Positions 1 through 14,115 of a stretch of DNA of 64,000 nt are shown piece after piece. This stretch comes from Octopus vulgaris. Taxonomy: Eukaryota. Location of the stretch: the NCBI GenBank assembly GCA_951406725.2, contig OX597825.1, forward strand, positions 26,846,001 to 26,910,000. The letters are read 5' to 3'. Position numbers and translations under genes: made by a program. The notes under the pieces are model-generated. The model did not search any database and was not told the DNA's origin. It saw only the letters and a program-made list of their open reading frames with translations. Within the stretch, counting starts at the first letter, position 1. Each line of letters starts with the position of its first letter.

Positions 1-2
1 TC

Positions 3-1917
3 TTAGAAGATTGTCACAAACGACACAAAAACTTATCAATAGCCTGGATAGACTATAAAAAGGCTTTTGATAGCCTACCACATAGCTGGATTAGGAAATG
101 CCTGGAAATGTATAAGATAGCACCGACTCTGCGAAACTTTTTGTCTGTAAGTATGAGATCATGGAGAACCACACTAACTCTGAACAGTGACAATGAATCC
201 CTAAATGCTGGTGATGTGAAAATTTCGTGTGGCATTTTCCAGGGTGACTCACTGTCACCACTCCTCTTTTGTTTATCCTTAATACCTCTCTCAAAGCTGC
301 TCAATGACGCGCAGTACGGGTATAAAATGTTTGATAAAAATATAAATCAGCTCATTTACATGGATGATTTAAAGCTTTTTGCAAAAAATGACCAACAACT
401 CAAGGGCTTACTAGCGATAGTCAAACAATTCAGTGACGACATCAGAATGCAATTCGGCCTCGATAAATGTGCAAAAGCTACCTTTATCAAAGGAAAAATG
501 ACAGAAACATCTAACGTTAACCTTGACCAGCAGAATGTCATAAAAGAACTAGACCCTGCGGAGAACTACAAGTACCTAGGGGTAATTGAAGGTAAGGGAA
601 TAAGGCACTCAGAGATGAAGGAAAGGATCAGGAGAGAATGCTATCGAAGAGTGAGAGCAATACACAAGACAGAGCTGAATGCAAGAAACAGGATCGAAGT
701 GATCAATGCATTAGCCATACCAGTCGTGACTTACAGTTTCAATATTGTTAACTGGTCAATTACTGAAATATGTCAGCTCGACAGAAAAATAAGGAAACTG
801 TTGACAATGCATAGAATGCACCACCCTAAGGCAGATACAGAACGAATCTATCTGCCAAGAAAAGAGGGAGGCCGTGGTCTTTTGCAACTGGCAATAACAA
901 TGAAGATTGCTACAATTGGCCTAGACACCTACCTGAAAAACTCTGAGGAGTGGATGTTAAAACTTGTCTCAAAACATGAAAACAAGAAAGCATCATACTC
1001 AGTCACAAAACAGGCAAAGGAATATCTAAGTGAATTCCGAATACAACCAATTTCGGAATTAGAGATAGATATACAAGAAACAAGCACAGAAAAAGCTAGG
1101 CGCATGAAAACCCGTGCCAAAACTGCGGCCTTAGATATTCTGAATAATAAATGGCAAGAAAAACCTCTCTATGGCAAATACCCAAAGAGAGCGAATAATG
1201 CAGATATCGACAAAGCCCTGACCCATCAATGGCTAATGGCCTCTGGCTTAAAATCTGAAACAGAGGGGTTTATCATAGCAGCTCAAGATCAATGCCTACC
1301 AACAAGAAACTACCAGGCCAACATATTAAAGAACGGCAGTAGCCCAACATGTCGTGTATGCCGACAACAAAATGAAACCATTGACCATGTTGTCTCCAAA
1401 TGCAGTCTTCTAGCGCCTACAGAGTACCTCAGTAGGCATGATAGAGCTGCACAATATATTCACTGGGTAATTTGCAAAAACCTGGATTTGCCCCATGAAA
1501 AAAACTGGTGGGAACACAATCCAACTCCTGTGCTTGAAGATGACCACATCTCACTCCTCTGGAACTTCACCATTCAAACTGACAGGAAGATAGAAGCAAA
1601 TAGGCCAGACATTATATTGAAAGACTTCAGACAAAGAACATGCCTCCTCATTGATATGACTGTCCCAATCGATATAAACCTATCTGTCAAGACCTACCAA
1701 AAACTGAGGAAATATAAAGATCTTGAAATAGAAATCAGCAAAATGTGGGAGCTGAAGACTAAAACAATACCTGTTGTCATAGGTGCCCTGGGAATGATAG
1801 CGAAAATGGACTGATTGCTACCTAACTCAGATACCAGGAAACCCCAAAATGGCAGAAATTCAAAAGATAGTGCTCATAGGAACTGCTCATATCCTACGCA
1901 AAATACTCTCTATGTAA
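3..1917 (+). mobile_element. Non-LTR retrotransposon ORF, 3' part (RT + CCHC knuckle + restriction-like endonuclease), R4/Dong-like; +1 frameshift near 1805-1812
   Basis: Frame open from base 3 (..IAWIDYKKAFDSLPHSW..); RT motifs IFQGDSLSPLLF, YMDDLKLF, YKYLG; CRVC..ETIDHVVSKC, RHD, RPDII, K..KY..L; C-terminus continues in the shifted frame as DCYLTQIPGNPKMAEIQKIVLIGTAHILRKILSM* ending at 1917. Confidence 0.95.
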
Positions 1918-2118
1918 TCCCAAGGTTTAAAACAAACTTTTTTGTTTATTTATTTATTTTTATTTTTATTTATTTTTTTTATGTATTAGACATTCACTAG
2001 TACAACACAAAAAAACCCCCAAATATATGGCACAGAACTTCCAACCTGTTGTCTCTTGAGGTCTCTGGGTGAGACTTGGAGCCAACTTGTACAGACATAA
2101 AGCAAAAGTCAAACATAG
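1918..2118 (+). mobile_element. 3' UTR of the R4/Dong-like element, ending in (TAA)n
   Basis: Lies between the stop codon and the TAA array; Dong-type elements are known to sit in TAA repeats. Confidence 0.75.
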
Positions 2119-2143
2119 AATAATAATAATAATAACAATAATC

Positions 2144-2217
<74 letters not shown>

Positions 2218-2254
2218 CATAATAATAATAAACATAATAATAATAATAATAATG

Positions 2255-2319
<65 letters not shown>
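2119..2319. repeat. (TAA)n microsatellite
   Basis: Direct reading. Confidence 0.99.
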
Positions 2320-2321
<2 letters not shown>

Positions 2322-2869
2322 TGCAGTACCAGGCAGTGGCTCTCATGGCTTCTGATCTTAACTGATTGGAAGTGTTATCATGTACATTGTTTTGTCTTGG
2401 TATAAAAGATGGGCTACAGCAAATATTCTGCTCAATACCACAGATTTGCTTGTCAGTTGTTTGACCATTAACCAGTTGAGCATGTCCCTTAGTGGCTGAC
2501 GATATGTGCATCTCTGATCACGAGCAGAAGTAGTGGGGGAGCATCATAGCCATATGTTGAGAAGGATTCTTTGGGGTTTGAATAATTCACCTGTGGAAAC
2601 ATGGGTGTTTCGTTCAACGTCCTTAAACAACCCTTATTCAGGGACCGTTTGAGCGGGATGGGTTACTCGATCCGAAGAAAATTCTAACTGGGCTCCACCT
2701 GCAAGGTCATGTGCTGTTTATCTTGATATGAGATCACCATGTCGCGCACATATAGTTGTGATTCATGTGTCTGGTGTACCCTTATCAGACGGGTAGTCAT
2801 GATGGGTATACTGGGCTTCGTATATTTTACCCCAGTGTCACTTTGATGGCATGCTTTGTTCGCTCACTC

Positions 2870-2870
<1 letters not shown>
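2320..2870. mobile_element. ~550 bp non-coding insert embedded in (TAA)n; probable interspersed repeat
   Basis: GC-richer block with sharp edges and TAA arrays on both sides; no recognisable protein. Confidence 0.6.
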
Positions 2871-2907
<37 letters not shown>

Positions 2908-3039
2908 TAAATATGATGGTCATAATTTTTGAATTAGTTGTACTGTTTTGCAAAAGATATTAAGTTCAATATTATGTAAAATGTATTAAAATGAGGCTTT
3001 CCCTGCAGCTACGAATATAGATAAAACTCCTTCATTTGA

Positions 3040-3212
<173 letters not shown>

Positions 3213-3249
3213 ATGAGTATGTATGTATAAGATGTACCCGCATTTATGC

Positions 3250-3297
<48 letters not shown>

Positions 3298-4987
3298 ATG
3301 TGTGTGCGTATGTGTATAAAATACTTAAGAGTAAAAGTTAAATGGTGTATTATTCTTTTTTCCCTCTCTTTCTCCATCCCTCCATAAATTGTACAATTTT
3401 CGCCTCTGACAGAAATCAATATATTCTGCAAATTTTCTTGGAAATTTGATTTTCGAGGCTTTGAAAATCATAGGAAATATTCGAGACTAAGTTAGTTAAT
3501 TCTATTTCACATTCAGTTTTGTTCAATTTTATTGTTTCCCCTTTTCTCTTATTTTGATTAATTTTTCTTGCTTCCTGCAAATGTATTTCGCTTGCTGGAG
3601 GCCCTTCTTGTCGGAATGTTTTAATTAAAATATATCATAAACACAGGTGAAAACAACTGCAAGGCATTAGTGCAAAGGGATAGAAATTTCTAAAAAGCAA
3701 ATAAAATTAGAATTAAGAATAATAAAGACATAACTTATAAATATATGAAATTTCATAAATGTGTTAAATTCATTTTGCAAGTATGGTACTTTCTTTAATT
3801 TTATGTTTTTGAAACCTCTGGTAAATAATCAAAGCTGCAGCATATTTGATTAAAATGTTGTTAATTCTTAATTTCGTTTTAGAATTACATAGATTTTCAT
3901 TATCATAATAATCATTGTTAAACAAAATATAGGATACGGATGTTAAAATCTCAGCCTTCTGGCGCCTATGTAAATTTTATATATTATAAATTATATGTCT
4001 GCAGTTGCTACTTTAAGCGTTGGTATAAACTAGAAATCTGTGCATATTCGGTTGAATTGAGATTTGTACTTATTATTTTGAATAAACCAAAATATATGAC
4101 TGGTATATAATATATGAAACGAAAATCGATGCATGAAAGAAACAAGGGAGGAAAGGAGAACAAGTATTTCGTTGCATTCCGTTTAGTAACAGAGTTACGA
4201 ATATATCGGAATGGAGAAACTAGCAACCAGCAGATTTTACTGAATTACTATACATTGAAAAACCTGAATAGCCCTAGTTTCACGACGGTTTTCTATATCT
4301 GTTGTTTGTGTATAGTCACTAAACCGCGAATCCTCTTGAGGGATTGCGTTTTTGTGATGAGAATTTATGTTGCATCACTAATAACACTATCATTAGTGTT
4401 CTCCTTCTCGGGAGTTATTCATCTCTCACCAGAATTTTCTACTGAAATTCATACTGCGTATGTGTGGTTTCCTTGGGTTTATACAATATCGATTCCTCTT
4501 AGCGTATGTCGAAATTACTATACGTGCAGAATGTATAGTTAGTTTCAACACCTCTGGTTTTTGACCGCTGCAGTGTTTGTTTACCAGGTAGGTAGTTAAT
4601 TGTAATTCACTGTACGTTACGGAAACATTCGTTGAGATTGTATAGCTGCACCTGTTATTACCTCTCGTATTGCTGGTACTGTTCCTTAATGCGAGACCAT
4701 TAACATTGTCGCTATTAGTTCTGTCGCTTTATCCATTGTTAATTATGTTACCATTAATCTGATTACAAATATCATTCCTCAACGTATTATGACATCTCCC
4801 TACTGAAATAATTCGAACTAACACTGATCTGCATTTGTAACTGGATCATAAAATTCAACATCTAGCTCTGTATTAATAATAACTGTGTCTATTTTCTCTT
4901 TCATTAACTATCTATATATAACTGAGTGTAGTTGTTCCAACCTACGATGGTATGTGTATTTTTACTTTCATAATATTCGTCGTCTTT

Positions 4988-5203
4988 AAGGCATCGAACT
5001 GGCAGAGACGTTACCACGCTGGGCGAAATGCTTAGCAATAATTCGTGTCTTTATGTTCTGAGTTCAAATTACGCCGAGGTCGACTTAGCCTTTCATCGTT
5101 TCGGGGTTAATGAATTAAGTACCAGTTGCGTATTGCGGTCGATCTAATTGACTGTCCCCACTCTCCCAAAATTCCGGGACTTGTGCCTAGAGTAGAGAAG
5201 AAT
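4988..5203 (+). mobile_element. tRNA-derived SINE, family A (tail type 1), diverged
   Basis: A-box-like CTGGCAGAGACG, B-box GAGTTCAAATT, core GCCTTTCATCGTTTCGGGG; degenerate TSD aatattcgtcgtcttt (4972) / aatattcgttgccttt (5201). Confidence 0.9.
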
Positions 5204-5289
5204 ATTCGTTGCCTTTTATAGCATTTCTTTGTTCAAATAAATTTTTTATTAATATTTCAGCTACTGATAATATAATTAAGAAGCGTGTA

Positions 5290-6790
5290 TTCTGTGTTCT
5301 TTGCCACCAGTTCATTACTCGAGAATTGAGGTAACACCCATTGAGCTTTTCCAAGCAGTACTGCTCTCTGTAGTGTTTCTCATGTGTGCCCATTATTCAG
5401 ACAATGCATTTTCAAGACCTTTATTTACGATTCTTGAAGCTCCAACAATTTGTGTTATTACTTACATCTTTTTCAGTGAGCACAACTATTTAACCTCGCA
5501 AGTTAATTTGGCATGTCTATCGATTCATTACTTTCTGTATTGCATACTTTGTTATCAGCAGGACATGCTATATCTATGATCCACCAGAGTTATCAATATA
5601 TCTAATTTTATATTCTCTGTCTCATGGTCATACTGAATAACAGAGTCCCCAAAACATTTCCATTATAATTTTCGATAATGCTTCCTGGTTTACGTTCTTA
5701 TTACTTTTCTTCTCCGTCAGGTTCACTCTTGTTGCAAAATGTCCCATGGAATACCTTTCCTGCATTGTCATGCTGCCTCTCATATTCTTTCAGATCACCA
5801 TTGATCTCTCTTTCCTCCACAAATTCTGCACTTGATACTTTTTGCTCTGAGGTCTATTCTGTGTTCGATGTAATCTAGTTCTTAATGGTTGCTCTTGAAC
5901 GGTAAAATTAAGGCTTCTGTTGCCATTTTTAAATAACTTTTAGACATCATTTTAAAGTTTTTTATTGAATTGTCCATACATTATTTTCTCTTTTCAGTTT
6001 TAGTTTTGAAATCTTCGATTTTGCACAAGCCCGACATTCTTACTACCAACAATACCGCTCATGTTGCATGTTTAACTTGTTTACTTCCCATGCGATTTTA
6101 CTTTCCACCGTCCATGTGTTAATTACTTTAATTTCTTTTCCATCCATATAATTTTCACTTGAGGACAAGCCTAAATTTCCGCAATTATGGCATCTTGAAA
6201 TTTTCCCGTCGTTTCCACTTCCATTACATTGTCCAATTCCATTATCTTCAAATACGTATAACCCACCTCGTCGACTTGCTTTGTAGCCTCCCCTGATTTT
6301 AACCCTATCTCTTTGATACGTTTAATTTTCCTCTGTTCAAATCTGATATAGCACACTTTTACAAGGCAAACTCCTTTCTGATGTCAGCACAAATTGTATA
6401 AAACGAACGAACGAACGACGGAAATCTACCTGGGATACATCCTTATCGTAAAGCTGCAGTTCGTCCTTGAATAACAAGTGGTTAATATTTTGTTGTTGAA
6501 CCTTGAATTCATACTCAAACTGCTTTTTCCTCAAAATCATTAACAGTGCCATGTATAGTAGGAAAATCAGAGGGAACAGCCATTCCCCTTAAAATATACA
6601 TTTCTTCATTTCAATCGCCCTGAAGGCAATTCCATTTGCTGCTAGTTTTATCTTTCCATTCTCTATAATATTTCCATGTAATTGCTTGTCATTCGGCGCA
6701 ATGCCAAATAGATCATATCGTAGGTTTTGCCGTAATCAATTGATGCGAAGTTCAAGTTGGGTTTCCGCAATTCTAAGTGCTAGTTTGCCT
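5290..6790 (-). pseudogene. Decayed R4/Dong-like non-LTR retrotransposon (RT to endonuclease C-terminus)
   Basis: Minus-strand fragments colinear with the 3..1917 protein: INHLLFKDELQLY (~YMDD), GYTYLKIMEL, KCRIC, EYERQHDNAG (~RHD), IQYDHETENIKLDIL, IIDIACPA, QIVGAS, LQRAVLLGKAQ; many stops and frameshifts. Confidence 0.85.
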
Positions 6791-6892
6791 ATCAAATGTT
6801 AATCTTTGGGATGTCTACATTAACGCTTGTATCCCTTTCTGCTTATCTGGCAGAATTTCATTCCCTTCCTGTTGAACGCACACGTACTCTGC

Positions 6893-6969
<77 letters not shown>

Positions 6970-6980
6970 TATTATTATTA

Positions 6981-7045
<65 letters not shown>

Positions 7046-7210
7046 GTTATTATTGTTATTATTATTATTATTATTATTCTTATTATTATTGTTATTATTA
7101 TTATTAATTATTATTATTATTATTGTTGTTATTATTATCATTATTATTATTACTGTTGATAGTAGTAGTGGCAGTAGTAGTAGTAGTAGTAGTATGTAGT
7201 AGTTGTAGTA
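6893..7210. repeat. (TTA)n followed by (TAG)n microsatellite
   Basis: Direct reading. Confidence 0.98.
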
Positions 7211-7860
7211 CCGTTACTGTAATTTGTTTTATTAGTATTACGCTATAGCACTTCTAATAGGCACTTCTAAGATGCAAACTAAAATATATGTGCATACTGT
7301 AAATACTTATCATTCGTTTCCCCACCATTAATATCCCTTATCTTTAATAAGTTTCACTCCGTAGATAAGCATGGGAAATGAGCGTAAAATATACATGCAA
7401 TCTGAACGCTAACATGGAAACTATATCCATGAATGTCTACGGATGGTGATCTAACAACGTACACTTCAGAATAGAGAAACAAAAAACAAAAAAAAGTAGA
7501 ACTATCATATTGCACTTCCATTTATATCCTCAACTGATATGTATGGACTTCTTGTGATTCTAACCATGTATGACCTGATATTTAATGTATGCAAATGTTT
7601 TGATGTGTATGAAATCGTATAGGAACACCGAGGGTGCATAACGTATAATTTATATATGAGAGTGTGGCTACCGACTTAAATTGAGTTATTTTCGTATGTT
7701 TGTGCGGCTGGTTTTTGATTCTCATGTTCACTTATGTATGAGATGTCAATAAACCGATACTGGGAAATAAATTTCTTGTAGGTTCCCACTTTAAAGACGC
7801 GTGTAATTAATTACGCAAGAAATATTCCAACGTAATGTATACATGTATTTTAATATATAC

Positions 7861-7933
<73 letters not shown>

Positions 7934-7939
7934 TATATA

Positions 7940-8110
7940 GGGAGAATTCATGAAAATAATCACAAGACGAAGACAGGTGGTGCAGAAAACAAATAGATGT
8001 ATTAGTATAACGCTCGGGAATTGAAAAAGTATTTAACGTTTCGAGCCTACGCTCTTCCACAGAAAGGAAGACAGAAAGAAACAAGGAAAGAAAATATGTG
8101 TGTAGTGGCT
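7940..8110 (-). mobile_element. Short Penelope-like insert next to (TA)n, copy 1
   Basis: Aligns end to end with 24056-24240; TA-rich repeat on both sides; carries a hammerhead-like motif. Confidence 0.7.
8032..8065 (-). ncRNA. Minimal hammerhead-ribozyme-like motif with variant core
   Basis: Minus strand TTT-CTGTGGA-A-GAGC(GTAG)GCTC-GAAACGTT-AAA. Confidence 0.55.
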
Positions 8111-8414
8111 ACATATATATGTGTGTACATACATTCATACATAAACACACACAAGTATACGCGTAAAGATTATTTCTGTCTGATGATGTAACGCAATATG
8201 TAAGTATTACACGAGTTCAGTTTGGTTTACAACTAAGTCTCCGGATAGAACTGCCACAGAGAGCTACATGATGTTGAAGCTGTGTGTCAAAGATTGCTTG
8301 AAATATTTCATCACTACGCCAGTCGAAAGATATTAGAAACAGACTGAGCAAGCAAAACATGTCGTATCACCAGTGAGAATTCAATTTATAGTTCATAAAT
8401 AGTGCAGAGAAGTT

Positions 8415-9105
8415 ATACTAAATAATATCTTTTACAGCTGTTTCTATAATAGATAAGCATATGGATTGTGTGTTATTGAGTAAAGATTTCCTAACTAAGC
8501 TAACTACTGCGTTATGTGAGGGAGAAGAAAATGTAAAGACCATCATTCATTAAGGATATTAGTAGTTAGCTGTTCATAAAGGATGTAGGGCGTGTCCAAT
8601 CTGAAAGATATCTGTGGTTGGTAGACCAATGACCGAAACATTAAGGAGATCCTTAAATTATATTGTCTTAGTAAAAGAGAATATCAATTAGCAGTTCCAT
8701 ATATTATTCGAAGGCACCCTCCCCTAAACACCTCACATCCTCTTCAAAGGTGATGCTAGTAGCTTACATCATCTTTTAGTATTTATTTTCCTTGGTACTT
8801 CAACAATAGGGCTGCTAACTGACATTATCTTTTCCTAAAGATTTTACAAAGGATCTCCTTAATTCTTCGACCATGCATCTACCAGGCACAATTATCTTTT
8901 ACTTTAGACATTACTTATTTCCTCTACGGAGGGATAGTTACTAAAACTAATACCCTCAGTTAAGGTACTCTATGTCGCCGTCTGTTTGTCTGTCTGTCTC
9001 TCTCTCCGACCACGACGGCTTATGTTACATGGAAAACTTTACTCAATAGCATGCGATCCTCATGCTTAACATTTCCAAAATAGCTGTAAGAGACTAACTA
9101 TTTAC
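8415..9105. repeat. Old inverted repeat, arms ~8415-8719 and ~8794-9105
   Basis: attaaggagatcctt (8640) / aaggatctccttaat (8849); tattgagtaaag / tttactcaata; ttacagctgt / atagctgtaa, all in mirror order. Confidence 0.8.
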
Positions 9106-9230
9106 TCTAATTATTATGCAGGTAGGTTTAAATTATTTATTAAATGATGTCGGGTGATGCGATATATTTTGCGTGTTCATTCTGTTTTTAATATGGAAAT
9201 ATACACACACGTACATACATATATGCATGC

Positions 9231-9291
<61 letters not shown>

Positions 9292-9300
9292 TGTGTGTGT

Positions 9301-9531
9301 GAATGCGCGTGGCTTAGTGATTAGTGTGTTGAAATCATGATCGTATGGTTGTGGTTTCGATTCCTGGACCGAGTGATTCGTTGTGCTCTTGAGCAAAACA
9401 CTTCATTTCACATTGCTCCAGTCCACTCAGCTGGCAAAAATGAGTAATCCTGCGACGGACCGGCGTCCCATCCATGTGGAGACTTTCTACGCCACTGAAG
9501 CTGGGAAACCTTATGAATCTCGAGAAGGAAC
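9301..9531 (+). mobile_element. tRNA-derived SINE, family C (V-SINE-like)
   Basis: TGGCTTAGTGATT A-box, GGTTTCGATTCC B-box, TTGAGCAAAACACTT, CCTGCGACGGACCGGCGTCCCATCC. Confidence 0.85.
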
Positions 9532-9550
9532 ATTTATATTTGTTGAGGCT

Positions 9551-9588
<38 letters not shown>

Positions 9589-10657
9589 TAGTATGTATGT
9601 ACACACATATACACGTGCATAGGCACACACTGGTACATAAACACCTATATACAAGAGTAAAACAGCAAGTGATCAGTTCGTGGATTTTCAGTACGGCTGG
9701 ATTCATCAACCATTTTGAATACGATTAGATAAAATAGACTGAAATGAAATATTCAACAGATTGGATCCTTAATGTGTACATATTTTTCTACTAGGATGAA
9801 TTGTTCGAAAATGCTGTGCTTTCAGGTCATAATCGAATTTACTTGGCCGTATTTAAGCTTATTGGATATAATATAAAATGTCAATTTGAAAATGATTGCG
9901 TATATATTGAGTTGTTGCGAACTCTACATGTAAGTTACGGTCACAAAAACACTCATAATACTTTGGTGAAAACGACCAGTATCAATATTTTAAAACTTAT
10001 AAAGTCTATTATACACTGACGAATGTCTGCTTCTAAAATGTCACTTAAACCAATAGATATGTAATTGATAATGTATTATAAAGTGTTTCAATTTTCATCG
10101 GCCCTTCTACGTTTTTACTTCCAAAACTTACTGTTTGTAAAAAATGTGAAAATAACTGTGATATAATAGCAAAGAAACAGTTACAATGTGTAGATAAGAA
10201 TAGCTAACGGGAGAGTTAATTCTCTATCATATTACATACATTGTATTTCTAGATATACCTTGTACGAGTTAAAAACCAAGTTTTCGGGGATAGAATGTCA
10301 TATTTGAAAACGATACATTTTACTGAGAGACATTTTTTGAACCAACACAACTGCTACGGTTAATTCGAGTTGTAGCCAGTATATCTTATCACAAGTGTTA
10401 TTTATTTTTTGAGGAAGCGTAATGCAATCTTAACTAAAATATCAACCAAGTATTTAAGCTATATCTCTATGAAGAATGTTACTGGCTACACTTCACTACA
10501 TTATCAAATTTATTGCCAGTCACGTTTCACTAGTTATGTGATATGATGTATATTGGTGACAAGAAGATGATATAGAAAATTTGATTTACATTATTTATAT
10601 CAATTCAATTTAGAGAAAAAAACATAAACTCACTCTCTCCAACTCACACAAACACAC

Positions 10658-10716
<59 letters not shown>

Positions 10717-10745
10717 TATATACGCGTGTGTATGCTTATGTGCAT

Positions 10746-10793
<48 letters not shown>

Positions 10794-11420
10794 GGATGTA
10801 CATCTTTACATATATACATAGGTATATGCAGACCACAGTCAAACACATACATACATACATAGATATGTAAATATATGCATATGTGTGTGTATATGTGTGT
10901 ATAAGGACAACTAAATGTATGTATGTAAACAAAGTATAATATCCCTCAATAAATATTCGCCAATATATACTTCATGTTCTAAGAAATGTATGCCATCGAT
11001 AAAATCTTCTTATTTGATATATTTCTCGGTAAGTATATCTACAATCCCTATAGGAAATCCCTTTGCGTTTCCAATATACTTCATCATGCACTTCAAAGGA
11101 CGAAACTATGCCGAGAAGTGTATCTGAGTCACTTTTGCCGGCATGGAGACAGAGAATTACACACGGAAACACGCACATTCACGCATTCCCACAAACACAC
11201 ACACAACATTGTGGCTGAGAGTGAGAAAGAGGCTTAGATTAAAGGAGCTTCACAGAAAAGACAGGAAGAAAGTATAAGGCACATAATGACATATATATAT
11301 ATATATCTCATAGACACACATAGACACACATTTACATCAATTATGCATTGTTATAAAACCGTCTAATAAAGGCTCGAAACATACGTACCGCTAAATCCTT
11401 TGAATCATGTTTTTATTTTG

Positions 11421-11522
<102 letters not shown>

Positions 11523-11676
11523 TAAATAAGTCTGTTATCAGCATATTGGCATTTAAATAATTTTCTTTAACCCTTATTTATAAGTTGTTTATAATTGTAA
11601 CCGTACAGGTATTTTAATATGCTGCCACATTTTTTTATGGAATTTTTTTTTCTGTAAAAATAACTTCATCCTATAT

Positions 11677-11726
<50 letters not shown>

Positions 11727-11742
11727 CTATTAGTAGTAGTAG

Positions 11743-11803
<61 letters not shown>

Positions 11804-13040
11804 CAACGTATGTGAATAATAGATGAGGTATCAAGCTGGATACAGAATGAGCATGCAAAACAGGTATCACACGTTAGCATTTAATTTATAATTCAAAAAT
11901 AGTGCAGAGAAATTATACTAAATAATGTCTTTGTTAAGATTTCCACATAAGCTTACTACTGGAATTTCTACCCTTATAAGCAGGCTGTGATATTCTTGGT
12001 ACTTGAGTGAGTGTTTGCTACCCTCGTTAATATTTATTTATTTGTCCGTGTTATTTGTAAACATAGTAAAAATACACTTAAAAACATTCATGCATACATA
12101 CATATAAATATTTATATATAAAAGCATATACATATATTTTAAGATATGCATGTAATAAAAATTTAGGGATATCAAAACAGACTTTTATTTTCTTTTTAGA
12201 TTTGCTGGCAACATCTTAAAGTGTACTTTAATAAAATCTATGTCATCATTACAGCTTTTATATAAGCATTCACCGAACGGCCATACGGAATAACAAAGAA
12301 CTGATTTTACATCATGTAAGGAAATGAATTAGCTGAACATAACAGAAAGAGAACTTTATAAACACAGACAGACACAGAATGGCGCAATGCATACGCGCAC
12401 ATACACTCACAAAGACACACATACACACGCAGATGTAATCACATACATATACGCCTCATTTCGTTGAATGATATTGTATGTTTTCCTTGAAATTACACTT
12501 CCACTCCTCGTCTCGTTTTGATTTAAGTTCTTTTTATCTTTCAAACTTCATCTATAAACTACGTAAGCATTATTAGAATAGATACTGTTTGCACAATTTA
12601 CTCACAAATATGCGAACACAAACCATGTAAAGAAGTGCACTTGTAGATTTTGTTTGTCTTATTTGCCTGTGGGTTATATACAAATGAGTTAACATTCATA
12701 AGCGAAAAGGATATATATGCGCCTGTATGTATGTATGGATGTATATATGTGTGTATGTCTATACATACATATATACATATAATATATATATATATACAGA
12801 AAACGCGTAAACCATTGGTTCGTTTTGTTCTCTTACTTTATTATCATCTTATAATCATCTCATAATAATGACCTTTATGTCTCGTATTACTACCTCAGTC
12901 AATCTAAATGTATATATTTGTCGTTACCTGTCATAAATAGCCTTTTTCTATTTGCAATATGCATTTTCGTTGATTTTTCACATTTTTACCCTTACATTTC
13001 CACGTGTATTTTATATTTTCTTTTCGTAACATATTTCCAC

Positions 13041-13077
<37 letters not shown>

Positions 13078-13089
13078 ATGTATATATAT

Positions 13090-13242
13090 AATACAGTGTA
13101 CATCTAAACACTTGAGGAATTCACTAATGGGATTCAGCGCGCTAGAGAAAACAGCTAGGTTCTATAAGCACAACATTTGTGATAAAATCCGACAGGAACG
13201 AAATGAAAAAATAAGAACATTTTATCATCCTATATATATATG

Positions 13243-13306
<64 letters not shown>

Positions 13307-13493
13307 ATTTACTTGCTAAATTAAAATCAGAAACCAATTGGTCCAGGAAACTAGATGGTAAAATGTTTTTATTTTTTCATTTCGTTCCTGTCGAATTTTA
13401 GCCCTAATTTTGTGGTTATAGGACCTAGCTGTTCTTCCTAGTGTGTTGAATCCCACTTGCGGATTCCTAATGTGTTTAAAAGTACACTGTATT
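13090..13493. repeat. Diverged inverted repeat, 140 bp arms (13090-13229 and 13354-13493), around a TA/TG microsatellite
   Basis: Equal-length colinear arms; 25 bp perfect core cgacaggaacgaaatgaaaaaataa; outer ends aatacagtgtac / gtacactgtatt. Confidence 0.92.
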
Positions 13494-13584
13494 TTATGAC
13501 TAATACATAGTCTTTGGACTAAATTTTTACACGTTAGGTCACTGGAAGTGAAAACTTTAATTGATTTTCATTTCCCTTTGATAC

Positions 13585-13635
<51 letters not shown>

Positions 13636-14115
13636 TATAAGTATATATGCTCACACATATATTCATATATTTACATATGGAGAAACACAGGTTTCACCAT
13701 ATACATACGTACATTCACACATAAGTTCAGAAACGCATCCACACATGCACACATACGTTCACAGGTACGTACATAGATACCATACATATATACAATACAT
13801 ATACACATTTCAACCATATGTCGCAATGAAAGTTTCTTATAACTATAATAACAAAGTTTATAATTATTCAGCCTTATGAAAATATCGTTAAAACGAGAAG
13901 TTTGAAATCGTAATGGTAATTTCTTCTTTGCATATGTGATAAATATTCTTGATTTTAACGGTCAGCTTAGCAAGTAATGATTGTTTCCCAATTTATCAAT
14001 CAATAACTATATCTAAATTGCTCTAAACGCGAACATTCCAAGTTAACATAAAGTTTTGTAAACGTTTGGTTTATTCGAATGAACGTGTCAAGTAATATCG
14101 TAAATAAAAGCAGTT

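Noticed and set aside
4114-4542. 142 aa non-repetitive ORF
   Set aside because: No recognisable domain or splice context; the length is attainable by chance
8180-8220. CTGATGA followed by a tgtaa/ttaca stem
   Set aside because: Lacks the GAAA motif and stems I and III, so it is not a credible hammerhead
11365-11392. ctaataaaggctcgaaacatacgta, a hammerhead-like relic between TA tracts
   Set aside because: Two core mismatches and a minimal stem II; too decayed to call
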